From assembly GCA_964016885.1 (NCBI GenBank), contig OZ024740.1, positions 136,772,001 to 136,836,000 on the forward strand: 64,000 nt of DNA, read 5' to 3'. Position 1 is the first letter of the stretch. Every line of letters starts with the position of its first letter. Below are positions 42,569 to 55,413 of this stretch, one piece after another. Source of the DNA: Eledone cirrhosa. Its lineage: Eukaryota. Below the pieces are notes generated by a model, which made no database searches, had not been told where the DNA came from, and saw only the letters and a list, made by a program, of their open reading frames with translations. Made by a program: the position numbers and the translations under genes.

Positions 42569-43622
42569 CTAGGTACAGGTGACCCCCATAGAGGATGTCC
42601 TTATCCTCGGGTCATCGATCCACTCGCCGGCCATCCGCTCCACCATCAGGTCTAGACTCCAACAACTCCAGACCCTCACGAGCCGACTGGTCTTGATCGA
42701 AACACAATAGAACCCTCTGTGTTCAAGGAACGTGAGGTCGCCTGTGAGACGACGTGGGACCGACTTGGACTTAGCCCGGTAGACGTCCCTCGTCCTTCTC
42801 CCCCTGCAGACGTCAAGTCCCCCCAAAGCGTATAGGATGCCATGCAGTGCAGCCTGGCCTCAGACAGGCTCACACGCCAGCTCGACCAGCACCGCCTTGC
42901 CTGTTTTCGCGCGGCCTCCAAACCCCACAGTGGTGCCTGGCTCCATGCCTTGCCCTCCTTCTCCACTGGCACGCAGCTGGATAACGATAGCCTGCGCATC
43001 GGCGTTTCCTTGAGGCTTGGACTCCGGATCTGCGAGCCACATAAATGTCGCTGTGGACTCTTTCGGACTCCACCCGCTTTCCTGTCGCCACAGTGCCGGC
43101 CGCCTTCCACGCCATGCTGCCCTCAACGAGGTCATTAAGCATGGCTTGGACGCTGCAGGCTTCCCCTCCCAGCTAGAGCCGGTGAGGCTGGACCGAGGGG
43201 GTGGAAAAAGGCCAGACAGTATGACCATCTTCCCGTTCCGCGGTGGCAAACCCCTCGTCTGGGATGTCACTTGCAGCGACACTTTCTCCAGTCGCAACCT
43301 GGTGCAGTCTGCGACTAACCCAGGTACTGCTGCACGTCGGGCTGAGGAGGCCAAATTCTCCAAGTACCGGTCGCTCTCCGACAGGTTCGCGGTCGTGCCC
43401 TTGGCAGTGGAGACTTCTGGTGTCATTGGCCTTAGGGCTACATCCCTATTCACCACCATAGGTGCTGAGACAGCCAGCCGCAGGTGTGAGCCTCGCGAGT
43501 TGGAATGGCTCTTCCAGCGCATCTCCCTTACCATCCTCCGGGGAAACGCCTTCTCCATCCTGTCCGCCGGGGTTGTGAGGAGGCCAGCACGTGGGTCCCC
43601 ATTTGCTCACCATACGGATTAA
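42569..43622 (+). mobile_element. CRE-clade-like non-LTR element fragment with restriction-like endonuclease (RLE)
   Basis: [14 protein letters not shown]...HPLSC zinc knuckle, RHAALN, KRPD...WDVT...AEEAKFSKY and PLAVETSG: the PD-(D/E)xK RLE layout of CRE-like elements. Confidence 0.85.
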
Positions 43623-43744
43623 TAGGTAAAGTTATAAACTATTGTAAATAATTATGTTAAACTATAGATCAAAGTATCAGTTAAGGTTTAACAATATTAC
43701 GTTAGCTTTTATAAAGTCGTTTTACACCAGTCTTTAATTGTTTC

Positions 43745-43820
43745 AGATCAAATTGATAAAATCATAAGCGCCGAATTGCCCGATCCTGACGAAGACCTAT
43801 AACTAGTTGTCACACACACC
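43745..43820 (+). mobile_element. Helitron Rep fragment
   Basis: Encodes QIDKIISAELPDPDED, matching the ID..ISAE.PD motif that follows the HUH motif in Helitron Rep; preceded by tttcag. Confidence 0.65.
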
Positions 43821-43949
43821 ACGGTCTGACCTCATACTGTAAACCAGACAACGCATCCAATAGAGTCGTTTTCTCTTCTACCTGTCTTCTCTTATCAATT
43901 GTTCAGCCGGGTACCTCAACTAGTGTGCAATAATTATACACTATAACTA

Positions 43950-46530
43950 TGTTTTTAGCAGAAAAATAATATTATCTCTACATGGCAAGAATATATGTTA
44001 TTGTTGTTATTTGTTATAGTGAGAAAAGTAATGTTTGTTAAGTGAGAGAGAGGCAAAGTTAACCATAAAGTGAACGTTTGTTGAAGTAGTTGTAGTTCAT
44101 TGTAGGCTTTGTAGAAAATAATATTATGAGACTTTATAATATTTTACAAGCTTTATTTACAACCGACCACAGAAGTTAAGCTGGGTTGACAAATCAAAGA
44201 AAAGAACAAACAAAAGTAAGAGTTTTAAGAAGTAAAGAAAAAGCGCTGTGCCAGGCCAAAAGAGGCCGACAGGCCAAAGTGAAAATCTCACCGTCACATA
44301 ATTGCATGTTCACCTTTCAGAGTCCAAAGCAAGAGAGAGATTTTTGAATCGCCGCGGAAATTTTTCCCTCTGGGCGGAAGTCGAGATACATTCTCCTACG
44401 CTGATAGCGATTGGCTGAACTGAGCCAAACAACGTACGGAGAATGTATCCATGATCTCTCGGAATGTAGATCACTACAATACCCCTATTTAGTCTGCAAG
44501 ACGATATATAAGATTGAATCAGCAGGAAAAATGCTGAAAGAGAGCACATCAATGAAAAAATTGAACAAAAGAATGCATGCAAGAAGAAAAATGAGGCGCT
44601 AAGGGCCGTGTTGAGCCGCTGTGTCAAATGACTAGCTGTTTTTCTATTTATGCGTGACCACCCGGGGTCTAACAGAAAACGATAAAGTCTGACATGAGCA
44701 AAGTTGCTGTTCTTGCATTAAATGTTAGCTGTTATGGTAAGTGTTGTACCAGAGATGTGGATGAAGCTGTTATGGTAATTTACCAGTAGCTGTTGTCAAT
44801 GATGGTGCTGTTCATGCTTTACCAGAGCTCTATAGCTGTTATGGTAAGTGTTATACCACAGCTGTTATTGTAAATGTTATACCAGAGCTGTATAGCTGGA
44901 GCTGTTATGGTAAATGTTGTAGCAGAGCTGGCAAGAAGATGATGGGTAGGCGAGAAATGGTCGGCCTCCCAGATGAATTGCCGGAAGTGCTGGGCAGCCA
45001 GGAAAAAATGGCTAGTTGCTTTGAAAAGAAAAAAAAAAAGCAAGTTGAATCTGTAGGTGGGTAGTAGTTGAAGCTGTAATTCCATAATTCTGGCGAATCC
45101 ATAGGAGAAATGGTGGAAATGCTGACAGGTCCCATCTATTTGTTGTTTTCCCAGTGAGTCGTGTAAAGTAACAAGATTGAGGTTGTTATGCTATAGGACG
45201 ATGAGTGTGCAACGAGTTGCGAAACTGTTTGAATCCAGCTTCAATTAGCATTCTCGTGTTGCGGTGTCTGTTTAAGTCCAGGTGAATTAAGCTGCATGTG
45301 TCGATAGCATGTTTTGGTACCTCCACCAGGTGAAAAGGGATCTCGCAGAATATTACGACGTCTGAAGATCATATACTATAGACAACAACATGTTGGTGTG
45401 TGACAAAGAAATGTGTGTGCATATGCAGGCATGTAATACAGCAAAGAAAATGTGTGCGTGCAGTCATATATACAATGATAGAAAAAAAAATGCATTTTCA
45501 TATTATACAATTTAAAAGAAATAAATGTCCAAACATTGCCTGTAAAAAAAAAGAAAGAAAGAATTGTTTTTTTAACAGAAAGTTCAACTTTTCTTTTCCT
45601 TGAAATTTCTTTGGGATAAGGATGTTATTGCTCTTACTAGGAAGCTAGTAGAGTTGTTGTTGTTGTTGTTGCTGCTATCGAAGCGAAGTCACAGTAAATC
45701 TTCAGTAGAATCGAAGTCGAACGTTGAAGAGCTTAGAGTCACCAATGTAGCGAGACAGTGAGAAGTTGTAGATGTCATTGTAGCTGTGTCGAAGCTGTAG
45801 TAGTCACGGTAGTGGTAAATGTGTTACCAGAAACTGTAGGCGATACTGCTATCAGTTGTGGTGGTGGTTGCGGCGGTATAACTACAAAGGTGTCACTATG
45901 TTGCGTCAGTTGCTGCTGATGGTGCCGAAGTTGTCGGCTTTGTTGCTGCTGGTGCTGTTAGTAGAGGAGTACTTGGTGATAGCCATTTTGAAAATATTTT
46001 CCTCGTGTTGAAATTTGTTGAAATACTGCTAATTTTTTTTATTTTAAAGGAATATTTCGTACTTAAATATTCCTCCGTCGGGGGGTCACCATTTTAGCAG
46101 AAAAATAATATTATGCCTACATGGCATAATATTAATAAGAAAGAATATATGTTATTGTTGTTGTTTGTTATAGTGAGAAAAGTAATGTTTGTTAAGTGAG
46201 AGAGAGGCAAAGTTAACCATAAAGTGAATGTTTGTTGAAGTAGTTGTAGTTCATTGTAGGCTTTGTAGAAAAATAATATTATGAGACTTTATAATATTTT
46301 ACAAGCTTTATTTACAACCGACCACAGAAGTTAAGCTGGGTTGACAAGTCAAAGAAAAGAACAAACAAAATTAAGAGTTTTAAGAAGTAAAGAAAAAGCG
46401 CTGTGCCGGGCCTAAAAAGGCCGACAGGTCAAAGTGGAAATGTCACCGTCACATAATTTCGTGTTGACCTTTCAGAGTCCAAAGCAGCAAGAAAGAGATT
46501 TTTGAATCGCCGTGGGAATTTTTCCCTCTG
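43950..46530 (-). mobile_element. Internally deleted Gypsy-like LTR retrotransposon
   Basis: ~420-bp direct repeats (43952-44371 and 46091-46530); PBS TGGTGACCCC..GAC at 46077-46091 resembling the complement of the tRNA-Trp 3' end; RNase H remnant FLAAQHFRQF near 45000; left LTR probably TG(44674)...CA(43950). Confidence 0.8.
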
Positions 46531-46755
46531 TCCAAAACTGTTCTCTCTTTTTATCTCTGGCTTGTGGTAAACTCTATTTCCTGGTATGATGCAGCGGTTT
46601 TTTAAAATGTAAATTGTAAATAATGTCATACCATATTTAGGGCAACTATATCTTATGTAGTCCTAATACACACGTAAATTAAAATGTGATATTGTTAGCA
46701 GTGTGTAGTTTATTTCTCAATGTGTGTGTCTGTGTATATATATATATATATATAT

Positions 46756-46893
46756 ATAGGAACGAGTAGGACCCCGACGGCTGAGCTCATGCCGTTTCGA
46801 CGGCTAATTCTGGACTAAGTAGTAGACTAATTAGTCCAGAATTAGCCGTCGAAACGGCTTGAGCTCAGCCGTCGGGGTCCTACTCGTTCCTAT
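46756..46893. repeat. Near-perfect palindrome with 63-bp arms and a 12-nt loop
   Basis: 46756-46818 is the reverse complement of 46831-46893, with a single T/T mismatch (46790/46859). Confidence 0.97.
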
Positions 46894-46984
46894 TACCCAC
46901 TCTACTACCCTAAGTATTGAGTACTTTGGTGCGTTATAGTCCACCTGGTTCGTTACCACATTTCCTTCGTTATATATATATATA

Positions 46985-47860
46985 TTGTTATACTTGGGGA
47001 GGATCATATTGTTGTAATAATATTTCTACATTTGGCATAAGGCCAGCAATTATCCCAGTGTATTACTGGTACTTTATTTTATCGACCCCGTAAGGATGAA
47101 AGGCAAAGTTAACCTCGGCGGGATTTGAATTCAGACCATAAAGTGCCGTGACTCTATGCTGCAAAGCATGGCGTCCGACCCTCTACCAATACTGCCAATC
47201 CACCGCCAGAATATTGCCAGAAATAATTGTTTCGACTTTTGGCACAAGGCCAGCAATTACTCAGTACATTACTGGTACTTTATTTTATCGACCCCGTAAG
47301 GATGAAAGACAAAGTAAACCTCGGCGGGATTTGAACTTAGAATGGCAAAGACCGTAACTCTATGCGTCAAAGCATGGCGTCCGACCCTCTACCGATACTG
47401 CCAATCCACCGCCATTGCCAGAAATAATAATAACGGAACACACTCACTGTTTGGTTGGTTTTCGCTTCTGTATTTTTTATAACTCCATAATTAATTCATT
47501 TGGCCATCAATGTTTATCACTGACTGACCAACGGTCAAAAATACAGATATAAATACATATATATAATCTAATAAAGTTCTTTCGTTGCACATCTGCAACA
47601 TCATCAGCGGTACTATTATCTTTCCTCCTATTGTATTGTATGTCTACGCCATTTTTATTTTATCTGTTTATTTATTTATTTTTGTCTTCGTCTTTGCGTT
47701 TGCGTCTGTGTATAGTGTTTGGTGTGTGTGTTCGCGTTTTGGTTATTGTATTCTAATAAACTAAGATAGAATACAATAACCCCAAATAGCCAACAATATG
47801 ACCCTCCCCAAGTATAACAATATTTGTTTCGACACACGATTTCATATAAAAAACCTTGGA
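46985..47860. mobile_element. Inverted plus direct copy of the PLE-A-family pLTR, interrupted by two Nin-SINEs
   Basis: 46985-47754 is the reverse complement of ~33090-33490; 47755-47860 is a direct, internally deleted copy; SINEs at ~47025-47209 and 47228-47413. Confidence 0.8.
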
Positions 47861-49129
47861 AAACAAAACAACTGAGGCCATGCTGGGGCACCGCTCTTGT
47901 GTGTATATATATATAACAAATAATGTGTGGTAAGATACCAGGTGGACCATAACGCACCAAAGTACTGGATACTTTGGGTAGTAGAGTGCGTAATAGGAAA
48001 AAAGTCAGGACTCCGACGGCTGAGCTCCTGTGCTGGCAGGAGCAGGAATGACGTGTCATCCCGCTGACATGGCTTTAAAGAGGCTGTTTGCATAATTGCA
48101 AATGAATCGAATATTATTATTAATATTCGAAAAATTACATTATATATATATATGTGTGTGTGTGTGTTTGCGTGTGCAGTTATACATCTATATATACATA
48201 TATGTAGTAAGCTAACGAAACACCTGTTATTCATACACCACATCCTGCTATATCTTGGTTAATTTTTATGATTTGCTCAAGGAGGAAAAATGGCACCCAT
48301 GACACGTTTTATGTCCTCCAGTACCGATGAGATGAAGCAAGGAAGTTATCCTCCGACCTAAACCATATGCTTGCAATAAAGTTAATTTCATTAATGGCGC
48401 CCAAATTTAATTTTAAAAGCTTTCGTTGATCGGAGTCTATATAGTAGAAGACACGTATCCAAGGTACCATGCAGTGAGACCGAACCTAAAATCATATGCC
48501 AGCTATAAACAGATGACAATAAATATTTTCAGTAAATAAATCAATAACTCTGAGTCCAGGGCCAATAATATCAAGGTTCAGTTGGTGCATCCATCCATGG
48601 CCAATTAAAACAAAGTGAGCTCCACTCACTAAAAATAACCCCACAAGTTCTCTTGAATTTTGTGAAGTGCTTCAACCTTCTTTTACACCCAGGAACCGAA
48701 AGCAGTCTTGTCCTACATTGCAAAATTTATATCGTAGGCCCTGCTTGTGTTTATCCCTTGAGCAATCACATTTAGATTATGATATTCTAACTTGAGCTGA
48801 TGAAACCAAACTGGTAAATAAACCGCAGCAAAAGCAAGAATAAAATCCAAAAAATTACAATGCTATACAAACAAATATTATAAATAGACACACTGAACCA
48901 TTGAAGAGAAAGATGAGATTTCTGACTACAATAGATTAGTTTAGTGTTGTTGCCTTTTTATTTATATGATTTTATTAATAATAAATTATAAGCTGGCAAA
49001 ACTAGAAGAAATTGGCTGTGGTTAGATTCGGAGAGAGATAGGTTCCATCAGATTTAAATGCTCAAGATGGTACCGCCACGACTCCACCAAAAGTCGAGGA
49101 CCCAAAGCAAGTTAAAAGAATAAATTACC

Positions 49130-49625
49130 ATAATATTTTGAAAAAAATATTTTTCAAGCATTTTTAATATACTTGAAACAAAGTTGTGCTCAATTTCCGT
49201 TTGGATTATGTATTAGACGTAGGGTGTGTAAAACTAAATAAAGCCACACCGAAACAAATCTATATTTTTACCTAAATAACAAAATCGAAACAACTATAAT
49301 AACCTCCTAGTAGTTGTGATCAAGTTATAGATGGACACTAAAAGACAAGCGGAGCTACATTATTCTTTTATTCATTTTTTCTCATCTTGATAAGTTTGTT
49401 AAATATACTCTGACAAAAGAGATGTAACAACACTCTCGAGTTACACTCGGAAAAAACTGCGAACTACTGTAGGACTGTTGGAAATGGTAGCAGATGTGAC
49501 CTCTGCACTGGCGAGAAAAGACTAATCCGGATAAGTTAACTGAATTTAGAAATAAATTTAAATGTCAAAGCGGAGGCTTTCCGTACATGTGCACACGCCA
49601 GTAAGATTTTATTGCATAACTGGCT
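49130..49625 (+). mobile_element. Highly decayed PLE GIY-YIG C-terminal remnant
   Basis: RCDLCTGEKRLI followed by LNVKAEAFRTCAHASKILL resembles the PLE C.LC..EK..I...LN...E....C.H motif. Confidence 0.55.
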
Positions 49626-52600
49626 ACAGCCACTTTGAATTCGGCATTGTATTCATACAGATCTGATCGGGCGTGCATAGATGCAAAATGATTTCCCGGT
49701 ACTTATATTTTTTGTCTATTTTCTAGACTTTCCTTCACGTCTCCATTTCTAAGCTGTCTTTATTTATCTAATCATTAGAAAACAAACAAACTTTTATTTA
49801 ACGTGTTAATATGACCCATTCAAGGAAGTTTATTCATTTCAATTTTTTATTTTCATAAATGATCTTATTGTAAAAAACAATAATTAAGTAGATGGAGCGA
49901 ACTATTTTCGCAAATAGTTTCCTTTTAACCACTTGTTTCAGAGAAATCAAAAAGTATAACAGTATCTATGTAATAGATCGTCTCAAACATTTGACTTTCA
50001 CAAAAGCATATCCAGTACATATAGGAACCATAGAAAGAAAAGAGCCGGATTAAATACAAGGCATGCGACTTGACACTCTAAGTACTCCGTCGTTGCCTGG
50101 AACTTTATTTGTCAACCCTGAAGGATGAAAGGTCTAGTTGACTTCGGTGGGATTTGAACTCAGAATACCAGTCGTCCGAATAAATACCGCGAAGCATTTC
50201 GTTCAAGGCTCAAACACTTGACAATTTGACGTGAAATTCAATGATTTTTCACATCTCTATTTCTTCAGAAGTCTATGCTTCTCCGTGGAAAATCATAAGT
50301 ACTCAACATATTTGGCGTTGTCTCCTTGCTGAAAGATTCAATAGATTGCTCGTCTTCCCGAAGGCATAAAATATATTTAACTGTCTGAACTCGTAGCTGA
50401 CGGAGAACATCATTAATTTCTTTTCACTTCAACTGTTTTACAAAACTATATTAACCATTGACTAGTATTGTTTGTTTATTTTCCCCTACTATATAATTAT
50501 TTGTTAGATTTTTAAGGCTCCTGTTATTAAATGTTAATACTAACTAAACATATCTATTGGGCTTCAGATTGCTTCGCCACGAGTCATTCCTAATTGAGTT
50601 GACTTATGACCAAACGGCATTCTAAGAACATCTTGCCCATCCTGTCGAATATGTTATTGGCTATTTCTTTTTATACGGTCATATTTAAAGGTTCCATATA
50701 AGTACAAGTGGAATTTCCAGGCGGAAAATAGAAACGTTTTTGTAGAATAAATGAAATGTGCTTATTTTGTGTTTACGCTGCCACAAGAATATAAGCGAAC
50801 AGACTTTCTGTTTCTGTACACATGCTGACAGCGAAACGTAAAGAACGAAATATGAAATTACACTTATCAGTGAGTCGTTTTGCATTTAACACAAATGTTC
50901 ACATTCACTACACATATTCCATTACATTTAACAGGGTTTGTTCTCTATCTTGTGGAGGCACGTGGCCTAGTCGTAAGGGTGTTGGTTTACGATCATGTTG
51001 TGGGTTCAGTTCCTGGGTTGCGTGTTGTGTTCTTGAGCAAAACACTTCATTTCACGTTGCTCCAGTATACTTAGCTGAAAATGAGTACCAGCAATAGCTG
51101 GGGGTTTAACCCTGCGATGGACTGGCGTCCTGTCCGGGAGGGAGTCGTGCTCTCAGTCGCTTCACGCCATGAAACAGGGATAAGCACCGGCCAACTGAGC
51201 CTTCTGGCTTAAGAGACTTTTGACTTTTAGTTTTCTGTTTTAAGTGTAGTTGCCTGTGTTTACGCTAACGCTTTCAATTTTATGTCTTGAAATCCTCAAA
51301 TAAGACTATGCTATTTATTACAGGTCGAGTCGCCATGTAAAAGGTTCCCACGTTGACTTGAGTCTTTGGATAAATGTTTTAACGTGCGTTTGTAACGTAT
51401 TCGAATGTATGGTGCGAGTTATGTAAATGCATGAATGGAAGTTGACAGTTTCATAGGTAAACAAAATTCGTGAAATACGAAGAAAGACTGTAAAAAGCGT
51501 CGGAATGCACATCTCAAGCCCCCGGTTAATTTGATGAATGTTAACTGAATTCTTTCCGATGCAGATTAACATGAGCTTCCGAAAGCTTTTAACTTTTCAA
51601 GATAGATAACTCATTAATGCAAATTATTTCAGAGTTACTTCCCTTGAAATATATTTGTTTTGAAATTTAACAAACTAGAATTTTTTTTCAACACGCTGAC
51701 GCGTATGTGTATATGTAGATTGTACACACAAGTGTAGTGGATATTAGACACAGTTTTCTGTAGTTTGTCATCACCACTTCCTTTCTCAATCATCTCTACG
51801 TTTCATTAATCTCAGTTTGTTGACCCATTAAGTTACACGATTTAAATGGACAAAATATAAACATCACCAATTGTTAGACAGGTGTAAACACAAACACACA
51901 CAACTGGCTTCCACCCACTAAAATATACTCACATAGTAATGGTTGATCAAGACATTTACCCAAGGTACTTAAAAATTCCAGCCATAAAAACACGTCTTTT
52001 TAGGAGACAAGTGTTTGTCCACATAATCTAATGCATCTTTTATTTTAAAAATGTTATCATGGAAAATTTCAGTTATTTTTAGCATGTAAAGTAGAAGCTC
52101 TTTCATTGGCTCAGGCAGTGCACAGTATTTCCTTATGGTACCTATATACAGCAAAATAGACAGAGAAGGTCACAGAGGCTTTATGCGTCTTTGTCATAAA
52201 CAGTGAGGCTCCAAACTTTTTGACTAACCTAATAGGTCAACATTGGATCCCTTCAGGTGGCTGTGACCCTCAGATAACAAGTACACAGTTATGACATACT
52301 ATATATCAGTCTTCCCTCTGTTGCGATTGTGTGCCAAATCTCAAATTTTTGCTAAAGATTTCTTTGTCTATATTTCCTTCATTACATCTCTACAGTTTTT
52401 TGTAGAATGGTCATTGCAAAGTCATTGGATATTATGTGGCCATACCATCTTAAGCCTGTAATAAATAAGACACATCATAAGTGATCATGTCTGCACAATC
52501 CTCCAACATCACATAGGCCCCTTCGAAGAAAGGAAGCTGAGAAACAAAGAACTTTCTTTAATAACAAATAATGACAATTATGAACAAGAGATGCTGGATT

Positions 52601-52969
52601 CAACAGAAAGCAGGAAGTCTCTTTTCTTTGATTTTCATTCATTCTTTCATTCATTTATTACTGTTATTATTTTTTCCATTTTCATTTATTCACTTTTTCA
52701 TTTTTGGAAGGTGAAGTCAGTGAGAGAAGAGAGGAGAGGAGCAGAGCCAATCATTTAGGAATGTCTGGGTTATAAAGTTTTCATTTTGCAAATATTTCTT
52801 AAATATAATTGTTTCTAAGACAGGGAGTGAGGTTATTAGCGACTGAATTAATCCCAATACTTGACTGTATTTTACAAAACCCCAAGTTGACCTCGGTGGA
52901 ATTTGAACTCAAGACAAAAGGAACAACAAAATACCCCTACTACTTTCGTTATTCTATCACCTTAATAAT

Positions 52970-53330
52970 ATTTGTTTCTACTTTAGGCACAAGGCCAGCA
53001 ATAACCCAGTTCATTACTGGTACTTTATTTTATCGACCCCGTAAGGATGAAAGGCAAAGTCAACCTCGGCGGGATTTGAACTCAGATCGTAAAGGGACGT
53101 AACTATGCTGGAAAGCATGGCGTCCGACCCTCTACCGATACTGCCAAATATTGATTGTTTCTAATTTAGGCACAAAGCCAAAATTTGGGGAGAGGGAGGA
53201 AAGTATTGACTCCAGTAATTGAGTGGTACTTTATTTTATTGACCCCCAGAAGGATGAAAGGTACAGTTGACCTTGGATTTGAACTCAGAAAGTAGATGAC
53301 TGTAACTAAGTACTACAATGCATTTGTCTA
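52970..53330 (-). mobile_element. Tandem Nin-SINE copies downstream of GOSR2
   Basis: One young copy (52970-53148) and one older copy. Confidence 0.75.
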
Positions 53331-53931
53331 ACATGTTTGGGAGGAATGAAATATTAGAAGTAGTAATATTCATACCTTTCCAAGGGCACTGCACACATTC
53401 TAAAATAGCAACAATGGTATCTTTGAAACTAATTTTGAGGTGAATGTTATAGGGAAGAGTAATTTGGCTGAATGGACCAACACCAGTATATTACTGGTAC
53501 TAGTTTTGCTGCCCTAAGTATAAGAGATAAAGTCAACTCTAATGGTATTTAAATCTAAATCAGAAATGTTCCTAACTAAGAGACTGTAATGTACTACACA
53601 TTTGGCCTGGTGCTACTGTCAGGACAATCTCCATGACCAGGGGAAAATATTTGGTTGTGGTGCTGGTGATGGTAGTAACAGTAGATTAAAATTAAGATTA
53701 TTAGTTTGAAGAGAAAAGTATAGAGATGGGAACAGAAAAAAACAACGAGGAGAGAATTTTAAAGCTCAATTTAGGCTGTCTCTGCCACTGTGAGGAAGAT
53801 TAGGTAAGGCAAACTATGAAGGTATTTGATATGATTTAGTAGTCATAGTAGTGAACAGGCGCAGCTCTTGACTAGACAATAACCAATGAGAGTAAAATAG
53901 GAGAGGATCAAAGAGAGAGGGTATGAGAAGA

Positions 53932-54298
53932 TCAGATTAAGTAGGCTATTACAATATACATAATGAGACAAGTAACCAGCATGCCCACAAACAGAATGAT
54001 TTTGTCCTGCGAGGTGCGCTTCTCAATGAGTCGCATCACAGTATTTGACAGTCCAAGCATATTTGCAATGTCAAGGATCTTCTTGTGCGTTCCCTTCAGG
54101 GTGACGCTCTGTTCTTTCAAGCTGCTCAACACATTGGAACCAGCGCCAAGCAGATCATCAATGCCACGATTGGAACTTTGAAGTTGGGTATTGTGCCGAA
54201 GGGCATGATCTATCTCAATTGAGGTATTCTCATCGTTCGTGGTGAACTTGCGTGACAGCAGTGCTTCCCTTTCTCGTTCTTCTTCTTCACGGCGGTAA
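53932..54298 (-). CDS. GOSR2: GOSR2/membrin last coding exon (SNARE motif and C-terminal TM helix)
   Basis: cttag| acceptor in phase 2; encodes [22 protein letters not shown]...[29 protein letters not shown]...hydrophobic tail, then stop. Confidence 0.96.
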
Positions 54299-55219
54299 CT
54301 AAGGAGTAAGCAAGAGGCAAGAATTAGAATGAGTCAATGCAAGTGTAAGTAGAAGAATAAAAAAAAATACCCACAAGTTTTCTGATGGGATAGCCTATTG
54401 CTATCCCACCACATTCATAATGCTCATGCTGTCTTCTGCTCAATCACTTACCAACAACCAACATGTAGCTACTACTGTCTCAATCCTTACTCTACCATTC
54501 TATCACTGTTTTGCCCTTCACACTCATATTCCTAATTTCACTCCTTTCAAATTCTTCAAGTCACATTCTCAGGAACATTTTGTATAATGAAAAGTGGAGA
54601 GGATCTTTCAGTTTTGCAGGAAAAAAGGCAATCTCTCCAGTATTGGTGCCAAGATAAAATGCACACAGCACAGTCTGTAAAGAGATTGATATTAAGAAAG
54701 GCATTCGGCCATAGACACCATGCCAAATGAAATATATGAGTGAGATGTGGTACACTGACCCATTAAGGAGAGCAGTAACTACAAATAAGATCTGAGCCAG
54801 ACTGTGATGACCTGGAAAGCAGAAATAAAATGATGATGATTTATTTGCCTGTGAACACTACATTTCAATGGTTTGATCTCCGATTTTCTTCAAGTGTTTA
54901 ATACCAAAATATCTCTAGGATTTGAACTTAGAACCATTAAATCTACTCCCAAGGGATAATAATTGATGTAATATGGTATACTTAAGTTCATTCCAATAAT
55001 AATTTCTTAGATAGGTAAGAGGCCAAAAAATGAGGGGAAGGGAACAGTACTTATATTAATTCTAGAAGGCTGAAAGACCAATTTGACCTCAGCAGTATTT
55101 GAACATAAAGGGATATAATTAAATTCAAGGTATTTCATCCAATGCTCTAATGATTCCGCCATGGCAATATAGGTCGAGGTAGTTGAAGTTGATGTAGTTA
55201 GCTGTCAGTTCAGCCCTGA

Positions 55220-55413
55220 CTAACCCTTTCATTACCATATTTCTAATGAAATACACTACCTATGTGTTTCATTAGTAAGCTACTTAAAACATTACTTTAA
55301 CATTTCTAAAATAAAATGGAGGGTTTTAATGTAAGGATAAACATTTTAAAATAAGCAGCTTCATATCATAAATCCAGGATAGTTTCAGGCAGTTTCGTAT
55401 CAAAAGGGTTTAA
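55220..55413. mobile_element. piggyBac-type MITE remnant in the GOSR2 intron
   Basis: taaccctttcattacc...aaagggtttaa; related ends at ~481, 4391, 9853 and 18823. Confidence 0.55.

Noticed and set aside
42676-43558. Long antisense ORFs over GC-rich elements (also 35093-36482 + and 38122-39078 -)
   Set aside because: They are shadow ORFs opposite retroelement coding frames.
43786-43810. CTGACGA as a hammerhead core (also at 29171)
   Set aside because: No stem II or GAAA follows; the 43786 instance is Helitron coding sequence (PDED).
48494-48675. Minus-strand stop-free frame of about 58 codons
   Set aside because: No recognisable domain and no convincing splice sites or partner exons.
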